A DNA stretch of 31,575 nt from Bacteroidota bacterium. Lineage in GTDB: Bacteria > Bacteroidota > Bacteroidia > Flavobacteriales_D > Crocinitomicaceae. The DNA lies in assembly GCA_041169645.1 (NCBI GenBank), contig JBEEIV010000003.1, positions 1 through 31,575 of the forward strand. The letters run 5' to 3'. Within the stretch, counting starts at the first letter, position 1. The number at the start of each line of letters is the position of its first letter. This document shows positions 17,352-25,634 of the stretch, piece by piece. Position numbers and translations under genes: made by a program. The notes under the pieces were generated by a model. That model was given only the letters and a program-made list of their open reading frames with translations, was not told the origin of the DNA and made no database searches.

Positions 17352-18326
17352 TTAATCGTTCGAAATAATCTCGAACAATTCATTTAAATTCGGCGAAATT
17401 ATCACTTCAATTCGGCGATTTTTCGCTTTGTCGTTCACATCCACTGGATGGAATTCCCCTCTTCCTGCGGCCATGATTTGCATTGGAGACATGGCGGAAT
17501 TAGCGAGTAATATCTCCACCACAGAAGTTGCTCTCAAAACGGATAGTTCCCAGTTGTTTTTTGGTGAATTTGGACTGGATAATTTGTCAGAATCTGTATG
17601 ACCTTCAACAACAATCTCAAGATCGGTTTCAGTTTCTAAAACTTGTCCAAGTTGAACGAGTGCATCCCTTCCTTCTGGTTCAACATAAGTAGATCCAGAT
17701 TTGAAGAGTAATTTCGCCTCTAAACTCACATAAATTTTTCCATTTTTTTGAACGACGGTTAACCCTTTGTTTTCAAATCCACGTAAAGCATTTGCTACTT
17801 TTGCTTTTAAAAGTTGAATACCCGCATCCTTTTTACGAATCGCTTCCTCTAATTCATTCACACGTTTTTCGCGCTCTTCTAATAATTTTTGTTTGGCTTT
17901 TAACTCTTCATCGAGTTTTAATAAGGCATCAGCTTTTTGTTGCAATGCTTTGTTGGTGTTCTCCAATTCAGTTTGTAATTCAGCCGTTTCCTTTGCACTT
18001 AAATTCTTTAGTTTATTGAATGAAGCTTCCAATGATTCGTGCTGGGATAGTAGTTGATCATAATCCCTTTGCAATAAGCGCATGGCATTCCCAGTCGCGG
18101 AAGTGTCTTGTTTTAATTTGGCTACGTCCCTTGCTGCTAAATCATACTTATTTTGTAAATCTTTCGATAAGGATTCGAAATCGCTTGAACTCTTTTTATA
18201 TTTTGCTAATTCCTCCGAACAAGCTTTCTCTCTTGCTTCAAGTTCCTTGTATTTCTTGGGAGCAACACATGAACTTATTCCAATAAGTGTACAAATTGCT
18301 GTGATAATAAGAGACCTTTTTTTCAT
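17352..18326 (-). CDS. MotB/OmpA-family lipoprotein with a long coiled coil
   Basis: Lipobox ISS-C after MKKRSLII (start 18326), about 160 aa of heptad-rich helix, then an OmpA-like domain (VVEGHTD, NWELSVLRATSV, AGRGEFHP, KNRRIEVII). Confidence 0.88.
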   Translation of the reverse strand: MKKRSLIITAICTLIGISSCVAPKKYKELEAREKACSEELAKYKKSSSDFESLSKDLQNKYDLAARDVAKLKQDTSATGNAMRLLQRDYDQLLSQHESLEASFNKLKNLSAKETAELQTELENTNKALQQKADALLKLDEELKAKQKLLEEREKRVNELEEAIRKKDAGIQLLKAKVANALRGFENKGLTVVQKNGKIYVSLEAKLLFKSGSTYVEPEGRDALVQLGQVLETETDLEIVVEGHTDSDKLSSPNSPKNNWELSVLRATSVVEILLANSAMSPMQIMAAGRGEFHPVDVNDKAKNRRIEVIISPNLNELFEIISND

Positions 18327-18343
18327 ATGACAATGGTTTGATA

Positions 18344-18351
18344 CAAATTTC
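18344..18351 (-). promoter_or_regulatory. -7 element variant (GAAATTTG) for the motB-like/TMTC-like genes
   Basis: One mismatch to the consensus, 17 nt upstream of the ATG at 18326. Confidence 0.35.
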
Positions 18352-18462
18352 GAAAAGATCACCTTCCCGAAATCACTGCAGCGGTGAACTTTTAAACAAT
18401 GAAAATTTCATAATTGTTATTTGCAGTACAATGATTGACTAGATGCCCTCAGTTGGAATTTG

Positions 18463-18470
18463 TAACTTTG
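18463..18470 (+). promoter_or_regulatory. -7 promoter element (TAACTTTG)
   Basis: Exact match, 14 nt upstream of the ATG at 18485. Confidence 0.65.
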
Positions 18471-18484
18471 CACAAAAATCGAGC

Positions 18485-19042
18485 ATGCAGCAGAAAAAAG
18501 TGAAACTTTTAGAGGCAATGAAACAATTTCAATCTGAAGTTGAAACAGATGTACTATCGGCACTGAAAGTCTTCGAACAACAAGGTGATTTAACTATTTT
18601 ACCTCAGGTGATTGATAAATTGCGTCGTTGTAACCTCACCGTAGAAAAGGCGATTCTATCCTTCCTTGCGGATATTCAAAAGCAAGAAGCAAGTTCGTTT
18701 TTTGTCCAATTTCTATCGGATGAAAAAGATGCTGTAATCCGTCAAAAAGTATTGACAAGTATTTGGAATTCAAAGTTATCATACGATGAGCATTTACCAT
18801 TCTTTGTTATGTTAGCATCCACCGGTGACTTTATGCAGGCACTTGAATGCTTGACCATCATTGAAAATATGCAAGGACCTTTCGAAGAACATCACTTACT
18901 TGAATCACAGTTGCTCTTAAAAGAATATGTGGAAGAGTCGAAACAAGAAGACGAACAAAAACGACAAATCATGAGTGATATCGCTTGGTTCATTAAAGAA
19001 CAGAACGAAGGGATTGATGCTGATTTATTGATGGAAGATTAA
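18485..19042 (+). CDS. Hypothetical all-alpha (HEAT/ARM-like) protein
   Basis: 185 aa of repeated amphipathic helix pairs (e.g. VIRQKVLTSIW, QALECLTIIE). Start set at 18485 because the -7 element lies inside the longer ORF-track extension. Confidence 0.75.
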   Translation: MQQKKVKLLEAMKQFQSEVETDVLSALKVFEQQGDLTILPQVIDKLRRCNLTVEKAILSFLADIQKQEASSFFVQFLSDEKDAVIRQKVLTSIWNSKLSYDEHLPFFVMLASTGDFMQALECLTIIENMQGPFEEHHLLESQLLLKEYVEESKQEDEQKRQIMSDIAWFIKEQNEGIDADLLMED

Positions 19043-19058
19043 ATCGCTTCAATTTACC

Positions 19059-19066
19059 TAACTTTG
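19059..19066 (+). promoter_or_regulatory. -7 promoter element (TAACTTTG) for yicC-gmk-nadD
   Basis: Exact match, 15 nt upstream of the ATG at 19082. Confidence 0.6.
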
Positions 19067-19081
19067 TAAAAATCAGCACAT

Positions 19082-19948
19082 ATGTTGCAATCAATGACAG
19101 GATTCGGAAAAAGTAATGGCTTGTTCGAATCAAAAAAAGTTTCTGTAGAAATCCGTTCTTTAAATAGCAAAGGATTGGATTTAAATCTAAGGATACCAAC
19201 AATATATAGAGAATTGGAGTCTGAATTGAGGAAGTTACTTGGCGAGCAGTTAGATCGAGGAAAAATCGATTTGGGTATTTACATTGAGAGTCAAAGCGAT
19301 CTTTCTAATGGATTGATCAACAAAGAATTGGCCACCAATTATTACCAAGAATTAAAACAGTTGAATGAATCTTGGGGAGAGGCACCTGTTGATTATTTAT
19401 CCATGGTACTGAAAATGCCAGAGGTATTGAACCAGCAAACTCCAGAAATCAGTGAGGAAGAGAAAAAGTTCATCATGGATTTGGCTGCGAATGCTTGTTT
19501 GAAGCTCACCCAGTTTAGGGAACAAGAAGGACGTGCGTTGCACACTGATTTTTCTGAAAAAATAGCTGCGATACGAAAAGGAATTCAAGATATTAGTGTC
19601 TTTGAGCCTGAACGTATCGTCGTGATTCGGGAACGAATTTTAAAAGCCCTGACTGATTTATCTGATGTCCGAATTGATGAAAATCGCTTGGAACAGGAAA
19701 TGATCTTTTATTTAGAGAAATTAGATGTTTCTGAAGAGAAAATGCGTTTAACAAATCACCTGGATTATTTTTTGAGCACCATGATGATTCCTCGAAATGG
19801 AAAAAAACTTGGTTTTATTTGCCAAGAAATGGGTAGGGAGATCAATACCCTGGGAAGCAAATGTAATCATGCAGAAATACAAAAATGTGTGGTAGACATG
19901 AAAGATTGTTTGGAGAAAATGAAAGAACAAGTCTTAAACACCTTGTAA
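19082..19948 (+). CDS. yicC: YicC/YloC family endoribonuclease
   Basis: MLQSMTGFG, EIRSLNSKGLDL, EKLDVSEE and KLGFICQEMGREINTLGSK. Confidence 0.94.
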   Translation: MLQSMTGFGKSNGLFESKKVSVEIRSLNSKGLDLNLRIPTIYRELESELRKLLGEQLDRGKIDLGIYIESQSDLSNGLINKELATNYYQELKQLNESWGEAPVDYLSMVLKMPEVLNQQTPEISEEEKKFIMDLAANACLKLTQFREQEGRALHTDFSEKIAAIRKGIQDISVFEPERIVVIRERILKALTDLSDVRIDENRLEQEMIFYLEKLDVSEEKMRLTNHLDYFLSTMMIPRNGKKLGFICQEMGREINTLGSKCNHAEIQKCVVDMKDCLEKMKEQVLNTL

Positions 19949-19958
19949 TTATCGTTCA

Positions 19959-20525
19959 ATGGAGGAAAAAAGCATCATCATTTCAGCGCCATCTGGAGCA
20001 GGAAAAACAACGATTGTTCAAGCCGTTTTGAAGCGAATCCCAGCACTTTCCTTTTCTATTTCGGCCTGTTCAAGAGAACCGAGAGGAAACGAAAAGCATG
20101 GTGTCGATTATTATTTTTTGGACAAAGCGCTTTTTATTCAGCGAATTCAAGAGAATGCCCTCGTTGAATGGGAAGAAGTCTATCCTGGCATGTATTACGG
20201 AACCTTAAAATCTGAATTGGAACGCATATGGAAGGAAGGGAAAACCGTCATTTTTGATGTGGACGTGGAAGGTGGATTGAAGCTCAAGGAAATGATGGGA
20301 CCGAAGTCATTAAGTATTTTTATTCAACCTCCTTCCATAGCTGAGCTTGAAAAAAGGCTTGTCGCTAGAAACACAGATTCAATGGAAAAAATAGGGATGC
20401 GTTTGTCCAAGGCAGAGCAGGAAATTGAACGAGCGAAAGGATTTGATGTCATTATTGTAAATGACAAACTAGAGGTTGCGACTGAACAGGTTTTTAATGC
20501 CATTCAAAGCTTTATCACATCATGA
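19959..20525 (+). CDS. gmk: Guanylate kinase
   Basis: P-loop APSGAGKTT, REPRGNEKHGVDYYF, YYGT and FDVDVEGG. Confidence 0.96.
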   Translation: MEEKSIIISAPSGAGKTTIVQAVLKRIPALSFSISACSREPRGNEKHGVDYYFLDKALFIQRIQENALVEWEEVYPGMYYGTLKSELERIWKEGKTVIFDVDVEGGLKLKEMMGPKSLSIFIQPPSIAELEKRLVARNTDSMEKIGMRLSKAEQEIERAKGFDVIIVNDKLEVATEQVFNAIQSFITS

Positions 20526-21136
20526 AGATAGGATTGTATTTTGGGACGTTTAATCCGATCCATGTTGGACACCTGATCATTGCAAATTATATGGCTGATC
20601 ATACGGAATTGGATCAAGTTTGGTTGGTTGTTACCCCACAGAATCCTTTAAAGGACAAATCAACATTACTCAAAGATGCTCACCGTTTAAATATTGTACG
20701 TGAAGCCATTGAGGATAATTCGAAATTAAAAGCGTCTGACATCGAGTTTCATTTACCAAAGCCAAATTATACGATTTCCACGCTAACACACCTCAAAGAA
20801 AAGTATCCCGATCATGACTTTTCATTAATCATGGGAGAAGATAATCTAAGAACGTTTCACAAATGGTTCAACCATGAAGTGATTTTAGCGAAGCACATGA
20901 TTTATGTTTATCCGAGGGTATTAACAAGTTCAGAAGAAGCCGAAGTAATTGCCCAGAAAGGAACAATGGATCACCCATATCGAAATTCAGAAAAGGTCAT
21001 TTTTTGCGATGATGCACCCATTATGAAAGTATCAGCTAGTTTTATTCGACAATCCATCAAGGAGGGAAAGGACGTTCGTTATTTACTTACGGAACCGGTT
21101 TACAAGTATATCACAGAAATGCATTTTTATAAATAA
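20522..21136 (+). CDS. nadD: Nicotinate-nucleotide adenylyltransferase
   Basis: GTFNPIHVGH (HxGH), YTISTL, LIMGEDN and VSASFIR; ATGA overlap with gmk. Confidence 0.96.
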   Translation: MKIGLYFGTFNPIHVGHLIIANYMADHTELDQVWLVVTPQNPLKDKSTLLKDAHRLNIVREAIEDNSKLKASDIEFHLPKPNYTISTLTHLKEKYPDHDFSLIMGEDNLRTFHKWFNHEVILAKHMIYVYPRVLTSSEEAEVIAQKGTMDHPYRNSEKVIFCDDAPIMKVSASFIRQSIKEGKDVRYLLTEPVYKYITEMHFYK

Positions 21137-21165
21137 AAAAGGGACTTCATTTGAAGTCCCTTTTT
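21135..21165. terminator. Bidirectional intrinsic terminator
   Basis: AAAAAA-GGGACTTC-ATTT-GAAGTCCC-TTTTT between the convergent nadD and T9SS cargo genes. Confidence 0.9.
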
Positions 21166-21183
21166 CATAAGATAATTGAGATC

Positions 21184-21939
21184 TTAGTTTTTGAAGAATT
21201 TCACCGTTTCTACACCATAAGCGTGAGCTACATGGATGAAGTAAATTCCTGAATTCAAACCAGATAAATCAAAAGTTACATTCGTTGAATTATCTAGTGT
21301 TCTTGTTTCAATTCGTTTACCTTCTATATTCGTTAAAATAATTTCAGATGCGTTCATTGCACTTGTGATTCCGTTCACCGTAATGCTTGAATTCGCTGGG
21401 TTTGGACTTACAGAGATCGGGGAGATGATTCCGTCGATTACTCCCGCAGTTCCAACCACAATTTTATAACCTGGGAAAGAAACCGTTTGTGTGACTGGCG
21501 TTGGAGGCAAACCAGGAAATAAAGTTACCAAAACGGTCGCGCTTACATCAATAGTAATGGGATAGGTTCCCGCAGTTGTCGTTGTCCCCCAGATATTGGC
21601 ACAACCATTTGCTCCACCAGCGTATGCGCATGTACTAATGTTACACGCATAATTAAATCCATTTGGAAGTCCATTTACTCCTGTTACAGTGAAACCTTGT
21701 ATAGGTGATCCTACAAACTGACCTGTTGCATCCAATTCCGCAGTTACCGTTGCAGGCACTTTAAAATTGAGGTCAGTTGAATAAGCAACATTTACAAGCG
21801 CTGGCGGAAAATTCTGAGTAGTATCCGGCCAAACACCATATGTGGAATCCACAAAATTTGGTCCTGGTGTACAAGATTGTGCCCAAGATGCACTGTTTAA
21901 CAAGAAGCTAGACAGCGCGATAAACAATAGTTTTTTCAT
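21184..21939 (-). CDS. Small T9SS type-A cargo protein with a Cys-containing Ig-like domain
   Basis: Signal peptide, GLPNGF...GT...AGTYPITI (Ig-like) and a C-terminal sorting domain SPNPAN...GKRI...LNSGIYFIHV...VKFFKN. Confidence 0.88.
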   Translation of the reverse strand: MKKLLFIALSSFLLNSASWAQSCTPGPNFVDSTYGVWPDTTQNFPPALVNVAYSTDLNFKVPATVTAELDATGQFVGSPIQGFTVTGVNGLPNGFNYACNISTCAYAGGANGCANIWGTTTTAGTYPITIDVSATVLVTLFPGLPPTPVTQTVSFPGYKIVVGTAGVIDGIISPISVSPNPANSSITVNGITSAMNASEIILTNIEGKRIETRTLDNSTNVTFDLSGLNSGIYFIHVAHAYGVETVKFFKN

Positions 21940-21960
21940 AGTTTAGTTAATTAATGTGAT

Positions 21961-21968
21961 CAAATATA
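21961..21968 (-). promoter_or_regulatory. -7 promoter element (TATATTTG)
   Basis: Exact match on the minus strand, 21 nt upstream of the ATG at 21939. Confidence 0.6.
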
Positions 21969-22051
21969 TGATTTTTTAACATCATCTCTATAAAACGCAT
22001 GTTTTTCAGTTTATTGTGTAGGTATGGAAAGCACTATCCACCCAAGTTTTT

Positions 22052-22059
22052 TACATTTG
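22052..22059 (+). promoter_or_regulatory. -7 promoter element (TACATTTG)
   Basis: Exact match, only 4 nt before the ATG at 22064. Confidence 0.6.
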
Positions 22060-22063
22060 TAGC

Positions 22064-22381
22064 ATGATACTTTATAACGTTACCGTCAGCATCGATCGGG
22101 AAATAGAACAAGAATGGCTAGAATGGATGAGAAAGGTTCACATTCCTGAGGTCATGGAAACGGGTTGTTTTCAAGAATGTCGCATTTCAAGAATTCAAGG
22201 AGAAGAGGATGGTGGCTCGGCCTATTCTTTTCTGTATCTAGCTCCATCTGCAGAAAAAATGGAGGAGTATCAAGTGCGTTTTTCCCCAAAATTACAACAA
22301 GACCATGCGATGAGGTACCAAGGCAAATTCGCTGCGTTTCGTACGATGTTAACCGTCATTGAAGAATTCAAAGCATCATGA
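22064..22381 (+). CDS. DUF4286 family protein
   Basis: MILYNVTVSID...WLEWMRKVHIPEVMETGCF...FAAFRT, the pattern of this Bacteroidota family. Confidence 0.85.
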   Translation: MILYNVTVSIDREIEQEWLEWMRKVHIPEVMETGCFQECRISRIQGEEDGGSAYSFLYLAPSAEKMEEYQVRFSPKLQQDHAMRYQGKFAAFRTMLTVIEEFKAS

Positions 22382-23160
22382 ACGTAAAACCAAAAAAACA
22401 CCTTGGACAACACTTTTTGAAAGATTTAGAAACGTGTGAGCGAATAGCAAAACAAGTTACATTTCATCGCGATTGCCGCCGCGTTTTGGAGATTGGTCCT
22501 GGAATGGGTGCTTTAACGGATTACCTTATATTACAAGGTCAAATTGAATTGTTTCTTGTGGATATTGATGCGGAGTCCATTGAATTTTTACACCAGAAAT
22601 ACCCATCCATGGGTGAACGAATTATTTATGCGGATTTTCTGCGCCAGGATTTAACCCAAATAATGGGAAATGATCCATTTATTGTAGCAGGTAATTTTCC
22701 CTATAATATTTCGTCTCAAATCCTATTTAAATGCCTGGAATACCGCAATCAAATACCTGAAATAATGGGTATGTTTCAGAAAGAAGTTGCCGTGAGAATT
22801 GCTGAAAAACCCGGTTCAAAAGAATATGGAATATTAAGTGTCTTCATGCAAGCATTTTACGACATTACGTATTGTTTTACTGTTGATGAACATGTATTTA
22901 TACCTCCACCAAAAGTAAAATCAGGAGTCATTCGCTGTGTTCGAAATGACCGTCAATCGTTGCCTTGTAATGAAGCACTATTTATGCGTGTTGTAAAGAC
23001 GGCATTTCAACAACGAAGAAAAACACTTAGAAACTCCATTAAGTCCTTGACTCACGACGCTCCTTTACCAGAGAAATTTGTAACGCAGCGTCCAGAAAGA
23101 TTGAGTGTAGATGATTTTATCGAATTGACCTTATTCATTGAAGCCCTAGGGAGTAAATAA
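22378..23160 (+). CDS. rsmA: 16S rRNA m6,6A dimethyltransferase RsmA/KsgA
   Basis: KKHLGQHFL, EIGPGMG, AGNFPYNIS, MFQKEVA, PPPKVKS and FQQRRKTLRN. Confidence 0.96.
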   Translation: MNVKPKKHLGQHFLKDLETCERIAKQVTFHRDCRRVLEIGPGMGALTDYLILQGQIELFLVDIDAESIEFLHQKYPSMGERIIYADFLRQDLTQIMGNDPFIVAGNFPYNISSQILFKCLEYRNQIPEIMGMFQKEVAVRIAEKPGSKEYGILSVFMQAFYDITYCFTVDEHVFIPPPKVKSGVIRCVRNDRQSLPCNEALFMRVVKTAFQQRRKTLRNSIKSLTHDAPLPEKFVTQRPERLSVDDFIELTLFIEALGSK

Positions 23161-24849
23161 ATCTCCTGAACCCGAATTAGATACTTCGTGCCCGTTTCGA
23201 AATTCTTTTCGACTTACTATGTTGCCATTTTCCCCGTAAATAATAAATGGCCCATGTTTGAGTCCATTTTTATAATGAATTTCATACACCACTCTACCTC
23301 GCGGATCTAGTTGTTTAAATACACCATCTAATTTCCCATATCTGTATTCAGAAATAATGGTCGGAACAAGCCCACCTGGATAATAGTCTATCCATTGACC
23401 ATGTTTCATTCCTTTTCGGTACTTTCCTTTCGCTTTGAGTTGATAATCTTTTTGAGAATATGCCTCGTAATTTCCATGAAAATCACTCATGGTTTCTTTT
23501 AATCCCATGACGGCCATATCATTGGTGCCATTCTTCTGGGTAAAGATTTTGTAATTCACTTTTTCTTTTAAGCGCCCATTGTAGTAGTAGGTATACCAAG
23601 TGCCTACTTTGAATCCATTTTTGTATTTCCCACTGTTCGATAATACACTTTCCGGAGTGTAAGAAACCCAGTTACCGTGAATCTGGCCATTTTTAAAATC
23701 TGCTTTGTTTTTCAGTGCTCCATTTTCCCAGTAATTATACCAGACACCTTCTTCTTTGCCGTTGTGGTATGCACCGCTCATCAAAAGAACCCCGTCTTCG
23801 TACCATGTCTGCCAATTCCCCTCGCGCAAATCATTCACGTAATTCCCCTTTCTATAAGGTGTGCCGTTTTGATAGAAGTAATTCCATTCACCAGATTTCA
23901 ATCCATTTTTGAATTCAGCGATGTAAGAAAGTTCGCCGGTCGAAAAATAATAGTGCCATGTGCTATCTTGTTGATCTTGTTTAAAAGAGCCACACATTTC
24001 CAAGTGATTATCTGGTGTTTTCCATAACCAAAAGCCATTTTTTTTGCCCTTTTGGTATTCACCTGAGGTGATGGTATCTCCATTTGACGTTAATACTAAA
24101 TAAGCACCATCCAATGAATCAGCTTTGAAGCTCACTCGTTTTTCTAACACACCTTGAAAGGAATAAAATTCCCAAAGACCATCTTTTTTGCCATCTTTAA
24201 ATGCTCCACCAACAGATAAAACACCATTTGCTGTTCGTTCTTCAAACGAACCATTTTTTAAGCCATTTTTGAAGGTGTAGTAAGCTTTAACAACGCCGTT
24301 AGTGTAACGCTCTTCAATGATCCCATCTCCATTAATGATGGTCTGTCGATGTGCAGAATCTTCTTCCCAACTTGCCATTAACAAAACCGTATCGTTTACC
24401 ATTTTTTCAATGGATTTTTCTTTCCCGTTTTCGAAATAGTAATGCCATTCTCCAACCGGACTTCCCAATTCGAATTGACCTTTCGTTAATAGCGTTCCTT
24501 TCTCGTTCCATTGAAAAAACAAACTATCTGGAACATTGAACTTGAAATACGATTCCTCTTTTTTTTGTTTATTCGGATAATAAAAGACCCTTTTCCCCAG
24601 CAATCGATCACGGTAAAAGTTACTCTCCTCCTCTAAGATACCGTCGTATGTATAAAACGACCATTTACCGTGTTTTTCGGTACTTATTGGCACAACCTCA
24701 CTGGTGAAATAAGATCCCATTGCTTGGAGGTGTTTGTTATTCGCATCCCAATACAAGCGAACTTTTGGTCCCAAGTTTTCTTTCAACACTGTTTGTCCAA
24801 TGGCAGGATAAAAGACCATTAAGATCAAAATAAAGAACAACTGTTTCAT
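23146..24849 (-). CDS. Secreted MORN-variant (YwqK-like) repeat protein
   Basis: Signal peptide followed by many G-x-W-x-x-Y-Y-x-N-G / K-N-G-x-K-x-G repeats; 567 aa. Confidence 0.85.
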   Translation of the reverse strand: MKQLFFILILMVFYPAIGQTVLKENLGPKVRLYWDANNKHLQAMGSYFTSEVVPISTEKHGKWSFYTYDGILEEESNFYRDRLLGKRVFYYPNKQKKEESYFKFNVPDSLFFQWNEKGTLLTKGQFELGSPVGEWHYYFENGKEKSIEKMVNDTVLLMASWEEDSAHRQTIINGDGIIEERYTNGVVKAYYTFKNGLKNGSFEERTANGVLSVGGAFKDGKKDGLWEFYSFQGVLEKRVSFKADSLDGAYLVLTSNGDTITSGEYQKGKKNGFWLWKTPDNHLEMCGSFKQDQQDSTWHYYFSTGELSYIAEFKNGLKSGEWNYFYQNGTPYRKGNYVNDLREGNWQTWYEDGVLLMSGAYHNGKEEGVWYNYWENGALKNKADFKNGQIHGNWVSYTPESVLSNSGKYKNGFKVGTWYTYYYNGRLKEKVNYKIFTQKNGTNDMAVMGLKETMSDFHGNYEAYSQKDYQLKAKGKYRKGMKHGQWIDYYPGGLVPTIISEYRYGKLDGVFKQLDPRGRVVYEIHYKNGLKHGPFIIYGENGNIVSRKEFRNGHEVSNSGSGDLFTP

Positions 24850-24855
24850 GAAGAA

Positions 24856-25521
24856 TTATTTCTTTAAAAAGAATTGAAGGATTAAAAACAAGCCAAACAA
24901 GGTGAATACAATCCCAATTAAACGATTTAACGCATTTAATAAGGTTTGGTTAACGAGTGGTCGAATTTTTTTGGCCGCAAGGATTTTTAAGACATCGATA
25001 CTGAAAAATGTAATTAATACTAATCCCAAGAAAATAAATGCCCAAAATGTCCCATGTTCCTCTGGAACTGCATTATTGGCAACTGAAGCTACACTGACCC
25101 AGTAGAAAATCACCATGGGATTGGCAAAATTCAATACGAATCCTTTCAAGGCCAAAAAGACATAGTCCTTTGTGTTATTGTGCTGCTTGGTCGTTTCTAG
25201 GTTGGCATCAATCCCTTCTAATTTCTTAGAGTCAATGATGGTCACTTTTTTGAACAAACTGATCAGTCCATAAATAACAAATATGCTACCTCCTATGATG
25301 CTAAACATGAGTTTATTCCCGGCAATTAAGCCTTTGATTTGTTCAACGAACATCACAGCAATGAGGACGTAAACGATATCACTGATTAGCACACCTAAGT
25401 CTAAGGCAAGCGCAGATCTAAATCCTTTGGTGATGCTTGTTTCGAGCAAAAGAAAGAAGATAGGACCAATCATCACGCTCAATAAAAATCCAATGCTAAA
25501 TGCTTGTATGAAGAAATCCAT
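24856..25521 (-). CDS. LysE family translocator
   Basis: IGPIFFLLLETSITKGFRSAL...GVLISD and GFVLNFANPMVIFYW. Start set at the ATG at 25521. Confidence 0.9.
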   Translation of the reverse strand: MDFFIQAFSIGFLLSVMIGPIFFLLLETSITKGFRSALALDLGVLISDIVYVLIAVMFVEQIKGLIAGNKLMFSIIGGSIFVIYGLISLFKKVTIIDSKKLEGIDANLETTKQHNNTKDYVFLALKGFVLNFANPMVIFYWVSVASVANNAVPEEHGTFWAFIFLGLVLITFFSIDVLKILAAKKIRPLVNQTLLNALNRLIGIVFTLFGLFLILQFFLKK

Positions 25522-25525
25522 ACAA

Positions 25526-25533
25526 CAAAAATA
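25526..25533 (-). promoter_or_regulatory. -7 promoter element (TATTTTTG) for lysE
   Basis: Exact match, 4 nt before the ATG at 25521. Confidence 0.55.
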
Positions 25534-25608
25534 GGATTTCTTTTCGCTTGAGATAGCGCTTTTGCAGATTGTTATGGACCAATGCATGAATATTTCAATC
25601 ATTTCCAC

Positions 25609-25616
25609 TAAATTTG
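25609..25616 (+). promoter_or_regulatory. -7 promoter element (TAAATTTG)
   Basis: Exact match, 18 nt upstream of the ATG at 25635. Confidence 0.6.
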
Positions 25617-25634
25617 CCTATCAAAATTGAATAC

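Noticed and set aside
17352-18326. Flagellar motor/chemotaxis gene
   Set aside because: It is a lipoprotein without the MotB TM Asp helix, and no motA or flagellar genes are nearby.
23146-24849. Toxin-antitoxin system (YwqK antitoxin label)
   Set aside because: The label reflects MORN-variant repeats. The protein has a signal peptide and the flanking genes are rsmA and lysE, with no toxin.
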